A DNA stretch of 32,000 nt from Cupriavidus necator (GTDB lineage: Bacteria > Pseudomonadota > Gammaproteobacteria > Burkholderiales > Burkholderiaceae). The notes beneath the pieces were generated by a model. It did no database searches and had not been told where the DNA came from. It saw only the letters and a list, made by a program, of their open reading frames with translations. Location: contig NZ_CP066019.1 in the NCBI RefSeq assembly GCF_016127575.1, positions 2,880,001 through 2,912,000 on the forward strand, given 5' to 3'. Both the position numbers and the translations under genes were made by a program. Of this stretch, positions 1-9,031 are shown one piece after another (within the stretch, counting starts at the first letter, position 1; each line of letters starts with the position of its first letter).

Positions 1-69
1 GACGATGCCGATAATGGACTCCCGGTTCTTGATCCGGTCGATGAGGTCTTTGGCGATTGGGCTCGGCAT
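1..69 (-). CDS. 5' end (23 codons) of a gene that runs off the window; possibly a nucleotide-sugar dehydrogenase
   Basis: The reverse complement of 1..69 starts with ATG (67..69) and reads MPSPIAKDLIDRIKNRESIIGIV. The ...IGIV end is where the Rossmann GxGxxG loop of UDP-sugar dehydrogenases usually begins. The gene is divergent from the polysaccharide kinase gene. It is far too short for a firm call. Confidence 0.3.
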   Translation of the reverse strand, partial: MPSPIAKDLIDRIKNRESIIGIV

Positions 70-580
70 GGTGGAATCTGCTTCGTTGTGGTGAATCGAA
101 GAGGACGATAAGGTCGGACCGGCGACGAGATGACAGAGCTGGGCGGATGACCCGTGTTATCGATTGTAGGAGTCCGTATATCTCCAGACGGGTGAAGACT
201 GTTGTGACCCACACATATGCGGGCAATTACATGAACCATTTCCTGTCGCTAATTCCGGCGTGCCCAGATGTCGCTGCCAACACTAATGGAATCGAAGTCG
301 AAAGCGACATCGTTCTGACGGCTATCGTCCAATCGATGGAGCCGTGCCGCACCAGACTGCATGCGACGGGCCACTTCCAATCAATGTGCGAAGGCGCACC
401 GATGCCGGCGACATGGCTTTCTAGGATGCGGCTATCGTGGGATGGGTGCTGCGGCGAATGCGTGAGCAGCTTGCATGACGCAATGCGCAGTAAACAAGAG
501 CGCACCAGCGTCAGCGTGTATCCGTACTATCTGGTCAATGAGCAAAGGGGTAGTGCCAGCCATCGTCACAGGAAGGGAAC

Positions 581-2815
581 ATGAAAGTCGTTAACATGCA
601 TGGCAGCGTTCCGGATGCCGGGGACGAGGGGCGCGACCCGCTCGATTTGACCGTCCATGTCGATGTGCTGTTGCGCTACCGCTGGACCTTTCTCGCTGTG
701 GCAGGCATGTTCATCTGTGTCGGAATGCTCTATGCCCTCCTGGCGACGCCTCTCTATCGCACCGACATCCTGGTGCAAGTGGAAGACATCAATGGCGATG
801 CCAGCGCTGGCAGGCTGGCAACCAACATCTCGCCGATATTCGACGCCAAGCTGGTTGCAGCGGCGGAGATTGAACTGCTGCGGTCCCGGATGGTGGTAGG
901 AAAGGCGGTTGACGACCTGCGCCTCGATATCGAGGCCGCAGCACGCTATTTCCCCCTGATCGGCCGGGGCCTCGCAAGCTTCAGTTCCGGCCTGTCCACG
1001 CCCGGCCTGTTCGGCTGGGGCGGCTTCGCGTGGGGCAAGGAATCGATCAGCGTGGCCCGGCTCGAAGTACCGCCGCAGATGGAGGGGAGCAAGATCTACC
1101 TCACCGCGCTGGGGGGCAACCAGTTCCGTGTCACCTTTGACAGCGACGATACCAAGGTGACGGGCACCGTGGGCTTGCCCCTGAAGATTGCTACGGGACG
1201 CGGCACGGTTACCCTGCTGGTCAGCCATCTCGATGGCCGCGCCGGCTGCAAATTTGTGCTGCGCCGCCTGCCACGCGCCACCGCCATTGCCAGGCTGCAA
1301 GAACAGTTGATGATCTCTGAGCGCGGAAAGGAGAGCGGCGTGATCGGCGTATCGTTGAATGGCAATTCGCCGACGATGATCGCGGCCATCCTCAATGAGA
1401 TCGCCGGTGCGTACGTCGACCAGAACGTTCGCCGCAAAGCCGCCGAAGCGGAGAAGTCACTCGCCTTCCTGGAGCAGCAATTGCCGCAGCTTCGAGAGCA
1501 GGTCGAGGAAGCCGAAACCCGCTACAACGCGATGCGTAGCCAGCGCGGCACGATCGACCTGGGCGAGGAATCCAAGCTGGTCCTGGTTCAGTCGATGCAG
1601 ATCCAGACCAGGCTGCAGGAGCTGCACCGGCAGCGCCAGGAGCTGGCCACGCGCTTTACCAACGGCCACCCGGCACTTGAAGCCATCGATGGCCAGATCG
1701 GTCGTCTCAACGCACAGATCAATGCCATTGCCGGGCAGATCCAGAAGCTTCCCGACGTCGAGCAGCACGTGCTGCGCCTCATGCGCGATGTCAAGGTCAG
1801 CACTGAAATGCTGCAGTCCCTGCTCAATGACATCCAGCACCTCAAGCTGATCAAGGCCAGCAAGGTCGGTACCGCACGCCTGGTCGATCCCGCCGGCGTG
1901 CCGGTCAAGCCGGAGAGTCCCAACCGCCCACTGATCACCGGCCTATCCATAGTACTCGGCCTCTTTGCGGGTCTACTGGTGATCATTGCGCGCCACTCGC
2001 TGGATGGCGGCGTCAACGACGCCGACGAGGTCGAGCGACAGACTGGCATGACCGTCTATTCGACCATTCCCTTCAGCGCACAGCAGGCACAGGTGCAGTC
2101 GGCGGGCATGGAGGATGCGGGCCTGCTGGCGCGCGTGATGCCTAAGGATCCTGCCATGGAGAGCCTGCGCATTTTCCGCACCGTACTGCAGTCCGCGCTG
2201 GCAGGCAGCGACAACCGTGTCGTTGTGATCAGCAGCCCGTCGCCGGGCGTCGGCAAGTCCTTCATCTGTGCCAACCTAGCCGCCATTGCCGCCAGCGGTT
2301 GCCGCGTGGTGCTGATCGACGCCGACCTGCGCCGCGGTGGCCTGCACCATTGCTTCGGCGTGCAGCGCAGCCCCGGTCTGGCCGACGTGCTGATGGGCAT
2401 GCCGCCGGACCGGGCGTTGCGGCGTCAGGTGGTGAAGGGCCTTGATTTCATCGCGACCGGTATGGAAGCACCGCACGCGGCCGACATGCTGCAGAGCGCG
2501 GGCATGGGCGCCCTGCTCGATGCACTGAGGTCGCGCTATGACTTGGTTGTGATCGATACGCCACCGGTACTGGCTGCTGCCGACGCCGGCATTCTCGCCG
2601 GCAAGGCAGACGCGGTGTTTCTGGTGGCGCGCGCGGAAATGACAACCGCGGGCGAGCTGCGGGCCTCCCAACAGGCGATCCGCCGGGCGGGTGCCGAGGT
2701 CGAGGGCGTGCTGTTCAACGGTCCCCACGTCCAGGGCCGCTGGTATCGCTCGCACAATCACTACGGCAAGTACCGCTATCTCAACGAGTACCGCTGCGCG
2801 GCGAAGCAGGCCTGA
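581..2815 (+). CDS. Polysaccharide co-polymerase / tyrosine autokinase (Wzc/Etk/EpsB-type BY-kinase)
   Basis: 744-aa ORF with an N-terminal TM segment, a long coiled-coil periplasmic region and a second TM segment (LITGLSIVLGLFAGLLVII). Walker A is SPSPGVGKS, Walker A' is VVLIDADLRRG and Walker B is DLVVIDTPP. The C-terminal Tyr cluster is WYRSHNHYGKYRYLNEY. GGAAGGGA lies just upstream of the ATG at 581. An alternative ATG at 596 cannot be excluded. Confidence 0.9.
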   Translation: MKVVNMHGSVPDAGDEGRDPLDLTVHVDVLLRYRWTFLAVAGMFICVGMLYALLATPLYRTDILVQVEDINGDASAGRLATNISPIFDAKLVAAAEIELLRSRMVVGKAVDDLRLDIEAAARYFPLIGRGLASFSSGLSTPGLFGWGGFAWGKESISVARLEVPPQMEGSKIYLTALGGNQFRVTFDSDDTKVTGTVGLPLKIATGRGTVTLLVSHLDGRAGCKFVLRRLPRATAIARLQEQLMISERGKESGVIGVSLNGNSPTMIAAILNEIAGAYVDQNVRRKAAEAEKSLAFLEQQLPQLREQVEEAETRYNAMRSQRGTIDLGEESKLVLVQSMQIQTRLQELHRQRQELATRFTNGHPALEAIDGQIGRLNAQINAIAGQIQKLPDVEQHVLRLMRDVKVSTEMLQSLLNDIQHLKLIKASKVGTARLVDPAGVPVKPESPNRPLITGLSIVLGLFAGLLVIIARHSLDGGVNDADEVERQTGMTVYSTIPFSAQQAQVQSAGMEDAGLLARVMPKDPAMESLRIFRTVLQSALAGSDNRVVVISSPSPGVGKSFICANLAAIAASGCRVVLIDADLRRGGLHHCFGVQRSPGLADVLMGMPPDRALRRQVVKGLDFIATGMEAPHAADMLQSAGMGALLDALRSRYDLVVIDTPPVLAAADAGILAGKADAVFLVARAEMTTAGELRASQQAIRRAGAEVEGVLFNGPHVQGRWYRSHNHYGKYRYLNEYRCAAKQA

Positions 2816-2907
2816 GCGCGGCACGTGGGGCACCCGGCGTCAGGTAGCGCAACTTTTTGCCAATCCGTCTCCTGGCGGCCACGAGTTCTGCGCAACGGTT
2901 CTGGCTG

Positions 2908-3906
2908 TTATTTTGCCTGGCGAAATACACCGCGAGCCATATGTAATGCTGCGAACAACCGGTTTGAGATGTTGGAGAACGTGCGTTGCTGTCCTCCGCA
3001 GCTTCTTCTCACCGATTCAACAGACTGAATCATGCTGCCCTCGAAATCAAGGCAGTTTAATTTCAACTCGTTCCGGGTATATTGAATGGCATCCCAGATT
3101 AGTTTTATTCCGGCACCGCTTGTGCGCAGCTTCGGGTCCTCGCCGACCATGTGGACATAAGAGGACTTCTGGTCCCACGTTAAATAAAGCGCGGAATGTA
3201 TCTGGTTGTCATCGTCGACGGCCATGAAAATCTTTCTTGCATTTCTTTCCAGCAAGGCTTGGTCGTGTCTTTCTATAAAGCCAAAGGAATATGGCATTTT
3301 CATGCCCTGGCGATCAAAGGTCTTTTTGTTGATGGCGTAGAATTCTGATACATCATTGGTGAAGCGTGTTTTGACAATTTTCTCTGCTTTGCGAATCTTG
3401 TTGCGCGCGGCGCTGTTGAACCGGCTGAAGACACCGTCCAGATCGGCGATGTCATCGATAACGTAAGTGTAACGTACAGCCTCGGAAAATCCTTTCCAAT
3501 AGAATGGCAATAGATTTCTGAGGGAATGATGAATATTGAAGCTAACGACATGTGATTTTGGGAGCAGTGCCACGATTTCCCTGACTGCCTCCATTTCAAA
3601 ATCAATGCGATTGTGCTCGGATATATTCGACGGATAATTTAGCCAGAGCTGAAAGCTTTGCGTCAACTTTGGCATCCTTTGAATTATGAGTGGCCCCCTG
3701 CGTTCGGTGTAGTAAGGGAGTGCGGCAATTGGCTTGTTATTCTTCATGACAATCGCCGCGTCCCATTCGCCATTCTGGCAGACCGAGTCAAGCCACCAGT
3801 CTTTGGATGAGATCGCTATCTGCGGATTTTCCGAGCATATGGTGCGATATGCCTTCCTGGTCTCGCTTTCAGCGGTGATAGCTGGCACGGGCTTGGTTTG
3901 GCTCAT
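2908..3906 (-). CDS. FemAB/BioF2-like GNAT-superfamily acyltransferase (Acetyltransf_6-like), in a low-GC patch
   Basis: 332-aa ORF with ATG at 3904..3906 preceded by GAGGAA. The layout fits FemAB-like/CelD-like acyltransferases found in polysaccharide loci: ...FNSAARNKIRKAEK..., ...ALYLTWDQKSSYVHMVGEDPKLRTSGAGIKLIWDAIQY...LDFEGS. The family assignment rests on motif recall only. The DNA is clearly AT-richer than its flanks. Confidence 0.7.
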   Translation of the reverse strand: MSQTKPVPAITAESETRKAYRTICSENPQIAISSKDWWLDSVCQNGEWDAAIVMKNNKPIAALPYYTERRGPLIIQRMPKLTQSFQLWLNYPSNISEHNRIDFEMEAVREIVALLPKSHVVSFNIHHSLRNLLPFYWKGFSEAVRYTYVIDDIADLDGVFSRFNSAARNKIRKAEKIVKTRFTNDVSEFYAINKKTFDRQGMKMPYSFGFIERHDQALLERNARKIFMAVDDDNQIHSALYLTWDQKSSYVHMVGEDPKLRTSGAGIKLIWDAIQYTRNELKLNCLDFEGSMIQSVESVRRSCGGQQRTFSNISNRLFAALHMARGVFRQAK

Positions 3907-4105
3907 GATTCCTCACAACGCTCCATAGTTGGTTTCTCTCAGAAACACTCGCCTTGAGATATTGCCCCTGGCGGCCCCAGCATTTGCCTGCGAGGCCTTC
4001 CTTTTTTCGTTAAAGGAATTATTCCCGCGTGGTAGTGCGGTCGCAACGGGCCCGCGTGTGTCAGCGAACGCAGGATTGGCTCGCACTGGCTCATGCCGGT
4101 CGGCT

Positions 4106-6145
4106 TCAGCTCGCCTTGCTTGAATTCGACAGTGTTGCGAGTTGCGGGTCGGTGCCGATCTCCGGGGGCGGCTGCTGGCGCGATGCAACCCCGCGCAGTG
4201 CATGCTGCAACGGCTGGCTCGGCTCCCGCTGCGAGGGCGCCGCCACCTTGCGGCCCGGCGACTCCAGTGAGCTGTACGGCGCGTACTCGACTACCAGGCT
4301 CTGAATGACGGTCTGGATCTCGAGTTCGTCACGGGTATCGCAGGCGGCAAAGAGGCGCTCAAGCATCTCGTGCAACTCTGCCTCCGCGATGAGCGGTTCG
4401 TTCGAGCACAAGATGCGCTCATGCTCGCTGGCCGTCACCTCACCACCGATGAGGAGCTCTTCAAACAGCTTCTCTCCCGGGCGCAGCCCCACGACCTTGA
4501 TCTCGATGTCCCCGGCGGGGTTCTTGCGCGTCTTTTCCGTCAGGCCGGACATCTCGATCATCGTGCGGGCCAGGTCGATGATGCGGACGGGCTTGCCCAT
4601 GTCCAGCACGAAGACTTCCCCACCTTTGGCCATCGCGCCGGCCTGGATCACCAACTGGGCTGCTTCGGGGATCAGCATGAAGAAGCGGATGACGTCCGGA
4701 TGCGTGATCGTGACGGGCCCGCCCTCACGGATCTGTTTGCGGAACAGTGGTACCACGGACCCGGATGAGCCCAGTACATTGCCGAAGCGCACCATCGCGA
4801 ACGTTGTCCGCGTGTTGGGGCGCGTGGCTGCGGCTTGGAAAACGAGTTCCGCAATGCGCTTGCTGGCGCCCATCACGTTGGTGGGCCGTACCGCCTTGTC
4901 GGTGGAAACCAGCACGCAGGTCTGAACGCCGAAATGGTCTGCCAGATCGGCAATGGTCAGGGAGCCCAGCACATTGTTGCGGATCCCTTCGGGCATGTTC
5001 TTTTCGACCAGCGGCACATGCTTGTAGGCGGCGGCGTGATAGATGGTGTCGACCTGCTGGCCGCGCAGTGCGGCTGACACGGCAGTGGCGTCGCACACAG
5101 AGCCGATCCGCGCCGTGATCTGCAGGTCAGGGTAGCGCTGGCGCAGTTCCTGTTCGATCGCGTAGAGGGCATATTCGGAGTGGTCGAAGAGAATTAGGCG
5201 CTGGGGTTCCTGCGAAGCGATCTGACGGCACAGCTCCCTGCCGATGGAGCCACCCGCACCGGTCACCATGACCGTCTTGCGTTGCGTGCATTTGGCGAAC
5301 AGGTCTACCCGTGGCGGGACGATGTCACGGCCCAGCAAGTCTTCCACGCTGATATCCCGAATCGATTGCACGGTGATCTTGCGATCCACAAGCTCGAGAA
5401 GAGAGGGCAACGTGCGCACGCTGACCGAATAGCGGTGCAGCTTGTCGACGATCTGGCGGCGGCGCTCGATTGGCAGGGACGGAACGGCCAGTACGACTTC
5501 ATTGATGGCGTGCCGCTGGATCTCCTTGCGCACGTGGTTGCTGTGATGGACTGGAAGGTCGGCAACGACCTTGCCCTCCAGCGCGAAGTCATCGTCGAAG
5601 AAGCAGACGGCCTTGTGGCCCAGGCTGGCGCGCATGGCGATGGCGAGCTGGAAGCCGGCCTCGCCGGCGCCGAATATCCCCACGCGCAAGCTGGCGCGCT
5701 CGTTGCGGGCCAGCAGGCTCTGCCGCGTGCGCGTCAGCAAGGCGCGCGCCACGAAGCGCGAGATCACGACATAGGAAAAGGCGATGAACCAGTAGATCAG
5801 CAGGCCGGTGCGAGGCAGCCGGTCGAGGTGCATGAGGAACGACAGCGCATAGGTGAGTCCGACGATGCCGGCCAGGCTGGTGCCGGTGGTCCAAAGGACT
5901 TTCAGGTCGAAATACCGGACGACGGTCCGATACAGTCCGCTGAGCGAAAACACGGGAATCGTGCAGGCGGCAATGATCAGCGGCGGCGTGATGCCGTACT
6001 GTGCCAGCAACTCGAAGTTGCCGGCGCGCAGGAATAGTGCGAAAGCAAAGCACAGCGGCAGCGCAAGCAGGTCCGCCGCAATCATCAGCGCGACTTTGCG
6101 ACGTCTTGGCAGGGCAATCAGCCAGCGCGAGAGCGGTTTGGTCAT
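4106..6145 (-). CDS. Membrane-anchored UDP-HexNAc 4,6-dehydratase (CapD/PglF/WbpM family polysaccharide biosynthesis protein)
   Basis: 679-aa ORF with four to five N-terminal TM helices. It has the Rossmann motif VMVTGAGGSIGRELCRQI, the catalytic YxxxK in HAAAYKHVP and the STDKAVRPTNVMGASKRIAE signature. GGAGG lies 9 nt upstream of the ATG at 6143..6145. Confidence 0.9.
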   Translation of the reverse strand: MTKPLSRWLIALPRRRKVALMIAADLLALPLCFAFALFLRAGNFELLAQYGITPPLIIAACTIPVFSLSGLYRTVVRYFDLKVLWTTGTSLAGIVGLTYALSFLMHLDRLPRTGLLIYWFIAFSYVVISRFVARALLTRTRQSLLARNERASLRVGIFGAGEAGFQLAIAMRASLGHKAVCFFDDDFALEGKVVADLPVHHSNHVRKEIQRHAINEVVLAVPSLPIERRRQIVDKLHRYSVSVRTLPSLLELVDRKITVQSIRDISVEDLLGRDIVPPRVDLFAKCTQRKTVMVTGAGGSIGRELCRQIASQEPQRLILFDHSEYALYAIEQELRQRYPDLQITARIGSVCDATAVSAALRGQQVDTIYHAAAYKHVPLVEKNMPEGIRNNVLGSLTIADLADHFGVQTCVLVSTDKAVRPTNVMGASKRIAELVFQAAATRPNTRTTFAMVRFGNVLGSSGSVVPLFRKQIREGGPVTITHPDVIRFFMLIPEAAQLVIQAGAMAKGGEVFVLDMGKPVRIIDLARTMIEMSGLTEKTRKNPAGDIEIKVVGLRPGEKLFEELLIGGEVTASEHERILCSNEPLIAEAELHEMLERLFAACDTRDELEIQTVIQSLVVEYAPYSSLESPGRKVAAPSQREPSQPLQHALRGVASRQQPPPEIGTDPQLATLSNSSKAS

Positions 6146-6453
6146 TGGCCGGAACCTCCGCGCACCAGAACGGGCAGGGGCCTGGCGGCGACCAGGCTGC
6201 GATAGGGACGCCCCATTTGCGGGGCGGACAAAGAAGGTTGCGCACGGTTATGCATTGTCTTAAGGCTTCTTCTATGGGCAGCTCCACCGGCTGGTGGCCT
6301 CTGGAAGGGACATGCCCTTTCAGAGGCTTCCGATTTGCCCGTTTACCCGTCAGCGACTGGGTGCTTTCGACACCATTCCCGACTGAAACAATTATTGTTG
6401 TTGGTGCGTCCCTGGCAACGCAGCAGCGTGGGTTTGCGTACGCAGCGGCAGGT

Positions 6454-6491
6454 GGCGCAAAGGGCGTGGCGCCCGCCGCGCCCTTTGCGCC
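6454..6491. repeat. Perfect 13-bp inverted repeat (GGCGCAAAGGGCG-N12-CGCCCTTTGCGCC) in a divergent promoter region
   Basis: Read directly: 6454..6466 is the exact reverse complement of 6479..6491. It lies between the divergently transcribed dehydratase (start 6145) and aminotransferase (start 6625) genes. Confidence 0.6.
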
Positions 6492-6624
6492 TTAGTTGAG
6501 TGATCCAGGCCACATGGCGGCCTTCACCTGCCCATGCAAGTCTGGTTAGATGGATGCGTTCCCGGTACCCGGTCGGGTTCGTGCAGGGCACCCGCTCCGA
6601 CTTTCATTACTGAGGTGGACCACC

Positions 6625-7878
6625 ATGCTGGATACCAGTTTTTCTCCCTGGCCAAGTTTCACTGCCGACGAGGCGGCTGCCGTGCAGAAGGTGCTGCTGT
6701 CGAACCGGGTGAACTACTGGACCGGCTCTGAATGCCGGAAGTTCGAGGAGGAATTCGCCAGGTGGGCCGGGACGCCCTATGCGATCGCGCTGGCAAACGG
6801 GACACTTGCGCTCGATGTCGCGCTGAAGGCGCTGGACATTGGCCTTGGCGACGAGGTCGTGGTGACGCCGCGAACATTCATCGCCAGCATTTCAAGCGTG
6901 GTGAATGCGGGAGCAAAGCCGGTATTTGCAGACGTCGATCTTGCGAGCGGCAATCTTTCCGCGGTGACGATCAGCAAGGTTCTGACGCCAAGGACGCGAG
7001 CCGTCATATGCGTGCACCTTGCCGGCATACCCTGCGACATGGACCCGATCATGGCGCTGGCGCGCGAGCACGGCATCAAGGTGATCGAGGATTGTGCCCA
7101 GGCACATGGTGCGCGCTACAAAGGGCGTTCGGTCGGCTCGATCGGGGACGTGGGTGCATGGTCCTTCTGCCAGGACAAGATTATGACCACCGGCGGCGAG
7201 GGCGGCATGGTGACGACCAGCGCGAGGGACCTCTGGCTGCGCATGTGGTCGTACAAGGACCATGGCAAGAGCTGGGACGCTGTCTATGAGCGTCAGCACC
7301 CCCCGGGATTCCGGTGGTTGCACGAATCCTTCGGGACGAACTGGCGCATGATAGAAATGCAGGCGGTGATCGGGCGCATCCAGCTTGCGCGCATGAAGCA
7401 ATGGACAGCGCAGCGCACTGCCAATGCGGAGGTCATTGCCGGCGCGCTTCGGCAATGTGCTGCGGTCTGGTTGCCCGCCTGCCCACCGGATGCACAATCA
7501 GCCTGGTACAAGTTCTATGCATTCGTCCGCCCGGAATGGCTGAGGGATGGCTGGAGCCGTGACCGCATCGTGGCCGAGATCCAGGCAGGCGGCGTGCCCT
7601 GCTATGCGGGCGGCTGCTCGGAGGCTTATCTCGAGAAGGCGTTCGATTACACGGGCTGGCGCCCGCCGCACCGGTTGCCCAACGCCAGGCTGCTGGGTGA
7701 AAACAGCCTGATGCTGCTGGTGCATCCCACCCTGACCGACGCCGAGATTGCCCTGACTGCGCAGGTGCTGCGCGAGGTCATGCTTCGTGCAACGCTGCCG
7801 ACCGGTGCCGGGCGGGACGCCGACGGCGGGGTGGTGCCCGGCCTGGCGCAGGACTGCGCGGGCGCCATGCGGCGATGA
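6625..7878 (+). CDS. DegT/DnrJ/EryC1/StrS-family PLP-dependent sugar aminotransferase (PglE/WbpE-like)
   Basis: Start chosen at ATG 6625 (MLDTSFSPWPSF...), which is preceded by GAGGTGGA. The family N-terminus YWTGSECRKFEEEFARWAGTPYAIALANGTLALDVALKAL is present, as is the PLP-Lys region SFCQDKIMTTGGEGGMV. The 25 codons upstream in the track ORF look non-coding. Confidence 0.9.
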   Translation: MLDTSFSPWPSFTADEAAAVQKVLLSNRVNYWTGSECRKFEEEFARWAGTPYAIALANGTLALDVALKALDIGLGDEVVVTPRTFIASISSVVNAGAKPVFADVDLASGNLSAVTISKVLTPRTRAVICVHLAGIPCDMDPIMALAREHGIKVIEDCAQAHGARYKGRSVGSIGDVGAWSFCQDKIMTTGGEGGMVTTSARDLWLRMWSYKDHGKSWDAVYERQHPPGFRWLHESFGTNWRMIEMQAVIGRIQLARMKQWTAQRTANAEVIAGALRQCAAVWLPACPPDAQSAWYKFYAFVRPEWLRDGWSRDRIVAEIQAGGVPCYAGGCSEAYLEKAFDYTGWRPPHRLPNARLLGENSLMLLVHPTLTDAEIALTAQVLREVMLRATLPTGAGRDADGGVVPGLAQDCAGAMRR

Positions 7879-8624
7879 TGCACTGGCCGTCGCTGATCCA
7901 GCTTGGCACCATTACCTTGCTGGTGCCCGTTGCGCTGGTCATTGCGCTAGCGCTGTCCGTGGGGGGCGCATGGCGCAGCGCGCTGCGATGGCTGGTGTCG
8001 TTCAGCCTTGGCGCCGCGCTGGTGGGGGCTGCCAAGTTCGCGTTTGATTACGGCGGCTGGTACCTGCCGCAGCTCGGCCTGTACAGTGTCAGCGGCCACG
8101 CCATGCTGACCGCGGCGACGTATCCGGTGCTGCTGATGCTGCTGGGTTCGGCGCTGAGCCCGCGCGTGGCACGCATCGGCTGGTTCGCGGGACTGGCGCT
8201 GGGGCTCGCGATGGCGGTGAAACTGGTGTCCGGCAATTACCACACGCTGTCCGAGACCTTGCTGGGTGGTGCGGTGGGGCTGGCGGTTGCGTGGCTGAAT
8301 GCGGGCATCCGTATCCGCGGGCCGGCGCCGCAGATCGTGCTGGTGGCTGCGCTTGGCATCGGCGCCTTCGTCTTTGTCAATGTGCGCGGGTTGCTGTACC
8401 CGGTCAAGGCCGCAATGTGGGAGCACGCGGCACCGTGGCAGGACGGCACAGTGCGGCATTACCGGCAGATCGACGCCGATCCGGTGACGGGCGAGACCCG
8501 CATCACCGTGCGCAAGCGGTCGTGCCTGTCGAAGCGGGGCCGGCAGGCGCCGCGTTTACTCACACCATCGAAAACAGGAACATCTACCCGGACACCAAGC
8601 TTGCTCTCGACGCAAACTACATGA
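7875..8624 (+). CDS. Polytopic inner-membrane protein, possibly PAP2-like phosphatase family
   Basis: The ATG overlaps the aminotransferase stop (ATGATG at 7875), which suggests translational coupling. It has about six hydrophobic helices. SVSGHAM and GNYHTLSE loosely resemble PAP2 motifs C2/C3. The last 40 or so codons run into an AT-rich patch and may be read-through, so the 3' end is uncertain. Confidence 0.55.
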   Translation: MMHWPSLIQLGTITLLVPVALVIALALSVGGAWRSALRWLVSFSLGAALVGAAKFAFDYGGWYLPQLGLYSVSGHAMLTAATYPVLLMLLGSALSPRVARIGWFAGLALGLAMAVKLVSGNYHTLSETLLGGAVGLAVAWLNAGIRIRGPAPQIVLVAALGIGAFVFVNVRGLLYPVKAAMWEHAAPWQDGTVRHYRQIDADPVTGETRITVRKRSCLSKRGRQAPRLLTPSKTGTSTRTPSLLSTQTT

Positions 8625-9031
8625 TTGGGCACTCTCATCATCAGTTTAAAACAGAAAATGGCAGTTTTATTCCTTACAACAGCGGTGATGTGGGGCAGAA
8701 CAGGTTGCACATTAGTATCATTAATTATCTGGTATTTTGCACCGACGAAAATCAGGTAGAGATGAGGTAGGCCGCATATGCAAGGGGCCGTATCGGGCTG
8801 GCGCCTGCCGTGCCCGGGGCAGAACGCCGCGCCGGCCGTTTGGCAGGCCGCTGACCGCCTCGCGCCGTGCGGGGTTGCCTCCGCGGAAGCGCACGCTGCG
8901 TGTCGTGCATTCGTCTACCCTGAACCATTCCAGCGCGGCGCTGGCCGCCTCACCCCTCGAGTAGGTGCGCCGCCGCGCACGCGTGGGCGGGCAGCGCAGA
9001 AATGGGTACGCTCCCCGGGCCTGTGCGCTTG

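Noticed and set aside
547-555. GGGGTAGTG, which resembles the ops/JUMPStart core (GGCGGTAG) found upstream of polysaccharide operons
   Set aside because: Only GGTAG matches. It lies about 25 nt from the start codon. RfaH/ops control is established mainly in enterobacteria. This is too weak to call.
57-584. 175-aa plus-strand ORF filling the intergenic region upstream of the tyrosine-kinase gene
   Set aside because: It begins at a non-ATG codon, has no RBS and has a Cys/Arg-rich composition unlike the neighbouring genes. The region is more plausibly the divergent promoter for the flanking polysaccharide genes.
566-1300. 244-aa minus-strand ORF, and other ORFs (1096..1437, 1588..2049, 2276..2833) antisense to the tyrosine-kinase gene
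   Set aside because: These are shadow ORFs with no motifs. The plus-strand gene has complete BY-kinase signatures.
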